Below, piece by piece: positions 20,789 through 26,851 of a stretch of 26,851 bases of DNA. Origin of the DNA: Utricularia gibba. Its lineage: Eukaryota > Plantae > Magnoliophyta. Location of the stretch: NCBI GenBank assembly GCA_002189035.1, contig NEEC01000346.1:1-26851 (forward strand), written 5' to 3'. Below the pieces are notes generated by a model, which was not told where the DNA came from, made no database searches, and saw nothing but the letters and a program-made list of their open reading frames with translations. How positions within the stretch are numbered: the first letter of the stretch is position 1; every line of letters begins with the position of its first letter. A program made the translations under genes and the position numbers.

Positions 20789-21954
20789 GATTAGAGATGG
20801 GCCTGGGTTGGATCCATTCAGGTTCGGACCCAACCCGATGAAATTCTGGGTATTACAGTTTGCATGACCCATGGGGTTGTCTTTCTGTTCAACCCGAACG
20901 GGTTAAACCCTACGGGTTTTGATTGGGCCCGAACCGAACCAAGGGTTTATCAATTTTATTTTTTATTTTTGGCTTATTGTATTTTATGGTTGTTTTTCTT
21001 TTTTTCCACGGCCGTATGGCCTTGTGGCTGCTGCTCGAGCACGCGGGCATTAACCAAGCCCATGTGGCCTCGTGGTGCTGCTGCGTATGCACACGGGCTG
21101 GGGGTCGCGCCGGGCATGAGCCCAAAGTCAGTTTTAGCCCGGCGAAAAAAGGGATGCATTTCTTAGCGTTGGGTTATCACGAGCCGCCTAATTTTTTTTC
21201 GTGGAACACCATCTAGTTTTGTGGGGGGGCGCTCTCGAGGGGCCCTTGGCTTGGGCCCCGGGTTCGGTCTGGCTGATGAGCCCACTCTGGTCCCACTCGG
21301 CGAAAATCGTGACACATTTTTGAAATTAGGATGTCACGTGCACCCAACACGGTTTTTTCAACAACACGCTTTATACTTGTGGAGACGCTCTCGGGGGGCA
21401 CTCGAATCTTCCCATACGTCGTACCAGGCTCGAGCGTAAAGTCATTGTAGCCCGGCAAAGAAAGTGATGCATTTATTAACTTTGGGTTGTCACGAGCCGC
21501 CTAAATGGTTTTCCATGGAACACCTTCTAGTTTTGGGGGGAGGGGAGCGGGCGCTGCGCCTCGTCCGGGCCCCGGGAGCCCGGTCCCGTCCGACTCGACG
21601 AAAATCGTGATGCATTTGTTGAAGTTAGGATGTCACGAGAACCGCACACGTTTTTTTCAACAACACACTTTATACTTAAGGAGGAGCTCTCGGGGGCACC
21701 CTGATCGAGCCGGAGGTCGTGCCGAACTCAGGCCCAAAGTCAGCAGTAGCGCGCCAAAAAAAGTGATGCATTTATTAACGTTGGGTTGTGACGAGACGCG
21801 TATATGGTTTTTGAAGGAACACCTCCTCGTATTGAGGCGGGCGCTCTCGAGGGGCCCTTGGCCCGGGCCCCGGGTTCGGACGGGCTCATGGGCCCACTCG
21901 ACGAAAATCATGATGCATTTGTTGAAATTGGGATGTCACGTGCACCCCACATTT

Positions 21955-22200
21955 GTTGAGCGGGACGGCCAATTTTAGAGACTCGATGGGCCATTCTTCG
22001 ATCAGCGTCCTACTATCTAGTTCAAACTCAAAGTCACATTATTCTTGCACAATTTCGTATGAATGAATATGGGATATGATCCGTTGGAAGCCCAAGTGTT
22101 AGAGAATTTTACTGAATCTGCTGAGCAAGGGGTTGTGAGTTCATAACAGCTGTTGAAACCTCTCCAGGGTGGTGTGTGGCGTGATGAGCTTTCTACAATG
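21955..22200 (+). pseudogene. PIF/Harbinger transposase C-terminal fragment; copy 10
   Basis: As copy 1 with extra small deletions (CGAGGA>CGGGA; TGTGCGTGG>TGTGTGG). Confidence 0.8.
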
Positions 22201-22216
22201 ACAAAAAAAATATTTT

Positions 22217-23112
22217 ATAATCATGTGATATATGTTTATTAAAATATAAATAATGTAAATACGTTAGTTATTAAAGCATATACTACATGTGAAAGTTTCT
22301 TAGTTTTTAATTTTATTAGCATTCGACCCTTAGTTATACTTTGGATGGAGTGTGCATTTTTATTTTAATCATTTTAATTAGCATTCGATCCTTGGTTAAG
22401 ATTCCAATCGAGTGTATATTTTTTATTTGAACGATTCTATTTGCATTCGATTCTAAGATATGATGCGGATCGAGCGTATATTTTTTATTTTAATATTTTA
22501 TTGGCTTTCGGTCTTTAGACATGATTCGGATCGAGTGGAGATGGTTTACTTGAAACTTGTTTAACGCTCGATCCTTAGGAGCAATGTGGAGCGTGTTTAC
22601 ATTGCAAGGCACACGGGCGTGGGTTGTGCGTAAACCACGCCCGTGTGGCATGGCATTGTAATGTATACACGTTCTAAATTGCTCCTAACGGTGGAACGCT
22701 AATTAAGATTTAAAATAAATGAATATGCACTCGATCCAAAGTATACCTAAGGATCTAAGGCTAATAAAAATATGAGAGTGAAAAATATACGCTCGATCCG
22801 CAGCATACCTAACGTTCGAATGCTAATAAAAAATATTAAAATAAAAAATACGCGCTCGATCCGCATTATACTTAAGGATCGAATGATAATAAAAATATTT
22901 AAAGTAAAAAAATAGCAAATATGATCTGAATCATAACCAAGGATCGAATGCTAATTAAATTGACTAAAGTAAAAATACACACTCCATCCAAAGTACAACT
23001 GAGGATCAAATGGTAATAATTAAGTCAAAGAAGCTTTCACAGTTATCCTACGGTTTAATAAATAATGTATTTCAATTATTTATAATTTAATAAACCTATA
23101 TCATATGATTAT
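22217..23112. mobile_element. Foldback inverted repeat; copy 10
   Basis: As copy 1, 3 bp shorter through 1-bp deletions. Confidence 0.7.
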
Positions 23113-24269
23113 GATTAGAGATGGGCCTGGGTTGGATCCATTCAGGTTCGGACCCAACCCGATGAAATTCTGGGTATTACAGTTTGCATGACCCATGGGG
23201 TTGTCTTTCTGTTCAACCCGAACGGGTTAAACCCTACGGGTTTTGATTGGGCCCGAACCGAACCAAGGGTTTATCAATTTTATTTTTTTTTTTTGGCTTA
23301 TTGTATTTTATGGTTGTTTTTCTTTTTTTCCACGGCCGTATGGCCTTGTGGCTGCTGCTCGAGCACGCGGGCATTAACCAAGCCCATGTGGCCTCGTGGT
23401 GCTGCTGCGTATGCACACGGGCTGGGGGTCGCGCCGGGCATGAGCCCAAAGTCAGTTTTAGCCCGGCGAAAAAAGGGATGCATTTCTTAGCGTTGGGTTA
23501 TCACGAGCCGCCTAATTTTTTTTCGTGGAACACCATCTAGTTTTGTGGGGGGCGCTCTCGAGGGGCCCTTGGCTTGGGCCCCGGGTTCGGTCTGGATGAG
23601 CCCACTCTGGTCCCACTCGGCGAAAATCGTGACACATTTGTTGAAATTAGGATGTCACGTGCACCCAACACGGTTTTTTCAACAACACGCTTTATACTTG
23701 TGGAGACGCTCTCGGGGGGCACTCGAATCTTCCCATACGTCGTACCAGGCTCGAGCGTAAAGTCATTGTAGCCGGCAAAGAAAGTGATGCATTTATTAAC
23801 TTTGGGTTGTCACGAGCCGCCTAAATGGTTTTCCATGGAACACCTTAGTTTTGGGGGGAGGGGAGCGGGCGCTGCGCCTCGTCCGGGCCCCGGGAGCCCG
23901 GTCCCGTCCGACTCGACGAAAATCGTGATGCATTTGTTGAAGTTAGGATGTCACGAGAACCGCACACGTTTTTTTCAACAACACACTTTATACTTAAGGA
24001 GGAGCTCTCGGGGGCACCCTGATCGGCCGGAGGTCGTGCCGAACTCGGGCCCAAAGTCAGCAGTAGCGCGCCAAAAAAGTGATGCATTTATTAACGTTGG
24101 GTTGTGACGAGACGCGTATATGGTTTTTGAAGGAACACCCCTCGTATTGAGGCGGGCGCTCTCGAGGGGCCCTTGGCCCGGGCCCCGGGTTCGGACGGGC
24201 TCATGGGCCCACTCGACGAAAATCATGATGCATTTGTTGAAATTGGGATGTCACGTGCACCCCACATTT

Positions 24270-24518
24270 GTTGAGCGAGGACGGCCAATTTTAGAGACTC
24301 GATGGGCCATTCTTCGATCAGCGTCCTACTATCTAGTTCAAACTCAAAGTCACATTATTCTTGCACAATTTCGTATGAATGAATATGGGATATGATCCGT
24401 TGGAAGCCCAAGTGTTAGAGAATTTTACTGAATCTGCTGAGCAAGGGGTTGTGAGTTCATAACAGCTGTTGAAACCTCTCCAGGGTGGTGTGCGTGGCGT
24501 GATGAGCTTTCTACAATG
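24270..24518 (+). pseudogene. PIF/Harbinger transposase C-terminal fragment; copy 11
   Basis: Same sequence and lesions as 958-1206. Confidence 0.82.
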
Positions 24519-24535
24519 ACAAAAAAAATATTTTT

Positions 24536-25430
24536 ATAATCATGTGATATATGTTTATTAAAATATAAATAATGTAAATACGTTAGTTATTAAAGCATAT
24601 ACTACATGTGAAAGTTTCTTAGTTTTTAATTTTATTAGCATTCGACCCTTAGTTATACTTTGGATGGAGTGTGCATTTTTATTTTAATCATTTTAATTAG
24701 CATTCGATCCTTGGTTAAGATTCCAATCGAGTGTATATTTTTTATTTGAACGATTCTATTTGCATTCGATTCTAAGATATGATGCGGATCGAGCGTATAT
24801 TTTTTATTTTAATATTTTTATTGGCTTTCGGTCTTTAGACATGATTCGGATCGAGTGGAGATGGTTTACTTGAAACTTGTGTTAACGCTCGATCCTTAGG
24901 AGCAATGTGGAGCGTGTTTACATTGCAAGGGCACACGGGCGTGGGTTGTGCGTAAACCACGCCGTGTGGCATGGCATTGTAATGTATACACGTTCTAAAT
25001 TGCTCCTAACGGTGGAACGCTAATTAATTTAAAATAAATGAATATGCACTCGATCCAAAGTATACCTAAGGATCTAAGGCTAATAAAAATATGAGAGTGA
25101 AAAATATACGCTCGATCCGCAGCATACCTAACGTTCGAATGCTAATAAAAATATTAAAATAAAAAATACGCGCTCGATCCGCATTATACTTAAGGATCGA
25201 ATGATAATAAAAATATTTAAAGTAAAAAAATAGCAAATATGATCTGAATCATAACCAAGGATCGAATGCTAATTAAATTGACTAAAGTAAAAATACACAC
25301 TCCATCCAAAGTACAACTGAGGATCAAATGGTAATAATTAAGTCAAAGAAGCTTTCACAGTTATCCTACGGTTTAATAAATAATGTATTTCAATTATTTA
25401 TAATTTAATAAACCTATATCATATGATTAT
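24536..25430. mobile_element. Foldback inverted repeat; copy 11
   Basis: As copy 1, 4 bp shorter through small deletions. Confidence 0.7.
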
Positions 25431-26594
25431 GATTAGAGATGGGCCTGGGTTGGATCCATTCAGGTTCGGACCCAACCCGATGAAATTCTGGGTATTACAG
25501 TTTGCATGACCCATGGGGTTGTCTTTCTGTTCAACCCGAACGGGTTAAACCCTACGGGTTTTGATTGGGCCCGAACCGAACCAAGGGTTTATCAATTTTA
25601 TTTTTTATTTTTGGCTTATTGTATTTTATGGTTGTTTTTCTTTTTTTCCACGGCCGTATGGCCTTGTGGCTGCTGCTCGAGCACGCGGGCATTAACCAAG
25701 CCCATGTGGCCTCGTGGTGCTGCTGCGTATGCACACGGGCTGGGGTCGCGCCGGGCATGAGCCCAAAGTCAGTTTTAGCCCGGCGAAAAAAGGGATGCAT
25801 TTCTTAGCGTTGGGTTATCACGAGCCGCCTAATTTTTTTTCGTGGAACACCATCTAGTTTTGGGGGGGGCGCTCTCGAGGGGCCCTTGGCTTGGGCCCCG
25901 GGTTCGGTCTGGCTGATGAGCCCACTCTGGTCCCACTCGGCGAAAATCGTGACACATTTGTTGAAATTAGGATGTCACGTGCACCCAACACGGTTTTTTC
26001 AACAACACGCTTTATACTTGTGGAGACGCTCTCGGGGGGCACTCGAATCTTCCCATACGTCGTACCAGGCTCGAGCGTAAAGTCATTGTAGCCCGGCAAA
26101 GAAAGTGATGCATTTATTAACTTTGGGTTGTCACGAGCCGCCTAAATGGTTTTCCATGGAACACCTTCTAGTTTTGGGGGAGGGGAGCGGGCGCTGCGCC
26201 TCGTCCGGGCCCGGGAGCCCGGTCCCGTCCGACTCGACGAAAATCGTGATGCATTTGTTGAAGTTAGGATGTCACGAGAACCGCACACGTTTTTTTCAAC
26301 AACACACTTTATACTTAAGGAGGAGCTCTCGGGGGGGGCACCCTGATCGGCCGGAGGTCGTGCCGAACTCGGGCCCAAAAGTCAGCAGTAGCGCGCCAAA
26401 AAAAGTGATGCATTTATTAACGTTGGGTTGTGACGAGACGCGTATATGGTTTTTGAAGGAACACCTCCTCGTATTGAGGCGGGCGCTCTCGAGGGGCCTT
26501 GGCCCGGGCCCCGGGTTCGGACGGGCTCATGGGCCCACTCGACGAAAATCATGATGCATTTTTGAAATTGGGATGTCACGTGCACCCCACATTT

Positions 26595-26841
26595 GTTGAG
26601 CGAGGACGGCCAATTTTAGAGACTCGATGGGCCATTCTTCGATCAGCGTCCTACTATCTAGTTCAAACTCAAAGTCACATTATTCTTGCACAATTTCGTA
26701 TGAATGAATATGGGATATGATCCGTTGGAAGCCCAAGTGTTAGAGAATTTTACTGAATCTGCTGAGCAAGGGTTGTGAGTTCATAACAGCTGTTGAAACC
26801 TCTCCAGGGTGTGTGCGTGGCGTGATGAGCTTTCTACAATG
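26595..26841 (+). pseudogene. PIF/Harbinger transposase C-terminal fragment; copy 12
   Basis: As copy 1 with two 1-bp losses in G runs. Confidence 0.8.
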
Positions 26842-26851
26842 ACAAAAAAAA

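Larger units (their letters stand above)
1..26851. repeat. Head-to-tail tandem array (macrosatellite) of a ~2.33-kb composite monomer, ~11.5 copies, running off both ends of the window
   Basis: The same markers recur with a constant period. The GTTGAGCG marker (start of the transposase fragment) is at 958, 3293, 5628, 7962, 10296, 12627, 14959, 17290, 19624, 21955, 24270, 26595; the MTHGVV ORF start is at 2198, 4533, 6868, 9201, 11535, 13867, 16198, 18530, 20864, 23188, 25506. All copies are in the same orientation. Confidence 0.99.

Noticed and set aside
26-26720. The many 61-157-aa ORFs on both strands (MTHGVV..., MGPNRT..., MPGYND..., MIFVEW..., MHPFFR... etc.) as genes
   Set aside because: They overlap each other in several frames, lie in satellite, T-rich or TE-end DNA, resemble no protein family I recognise, and change frame from copy to copy with homopolymer length.

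Overview
The whole window is a head-to-tail tandem array (macrosatellite) of a ~2.33-kb unit, about 11.5 copies. Spacings between successive copies of the same marker (958, 3293, 5628, 7962, 10296, 12627, 14959, 17290, 19624, 21955, 24270, 26595) are 2335, 2335, 2334, 2334, 2331, 2332, 2331, 2334, 2331, 2315 and 2325 bp. I see no intact protein-coding gene, RNA gene or CRISPR array; the ORF track is almost entirely spurious and repeat-derived. Each unit is a patchwork of five parts: (1) a GC-rich ~850-bp block of alternating alpha/beta ~150-bp subrepeats (a ~300-bp dimer); (2) a ~250-bp pseudogenised C-terminal fragment of a plant PIF/Harbinger DDE transposase that only reads out when three frame segments are stitched together; (3) an AT-rich ~900-bp foldback inverted repeat whose arms are ~62-bp modules, each carrying a TCGATCC-N13-GGATCGA dyad, around a GC-rich central hairpin; (4) an orphan hAT-like terminus; (5) a T-rich linker with a 48-bp duplication. 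The internal parts are old and diverged, whereas the 2.33-kb copies differ almost only by homopolymer-type changes. That points to very recent amplification or homogenisation, a rolling-circle concatemer, or consensus artefact. Plant origin is inferred from the transposon types. All family assignments are from recalled motifs, not database searches.
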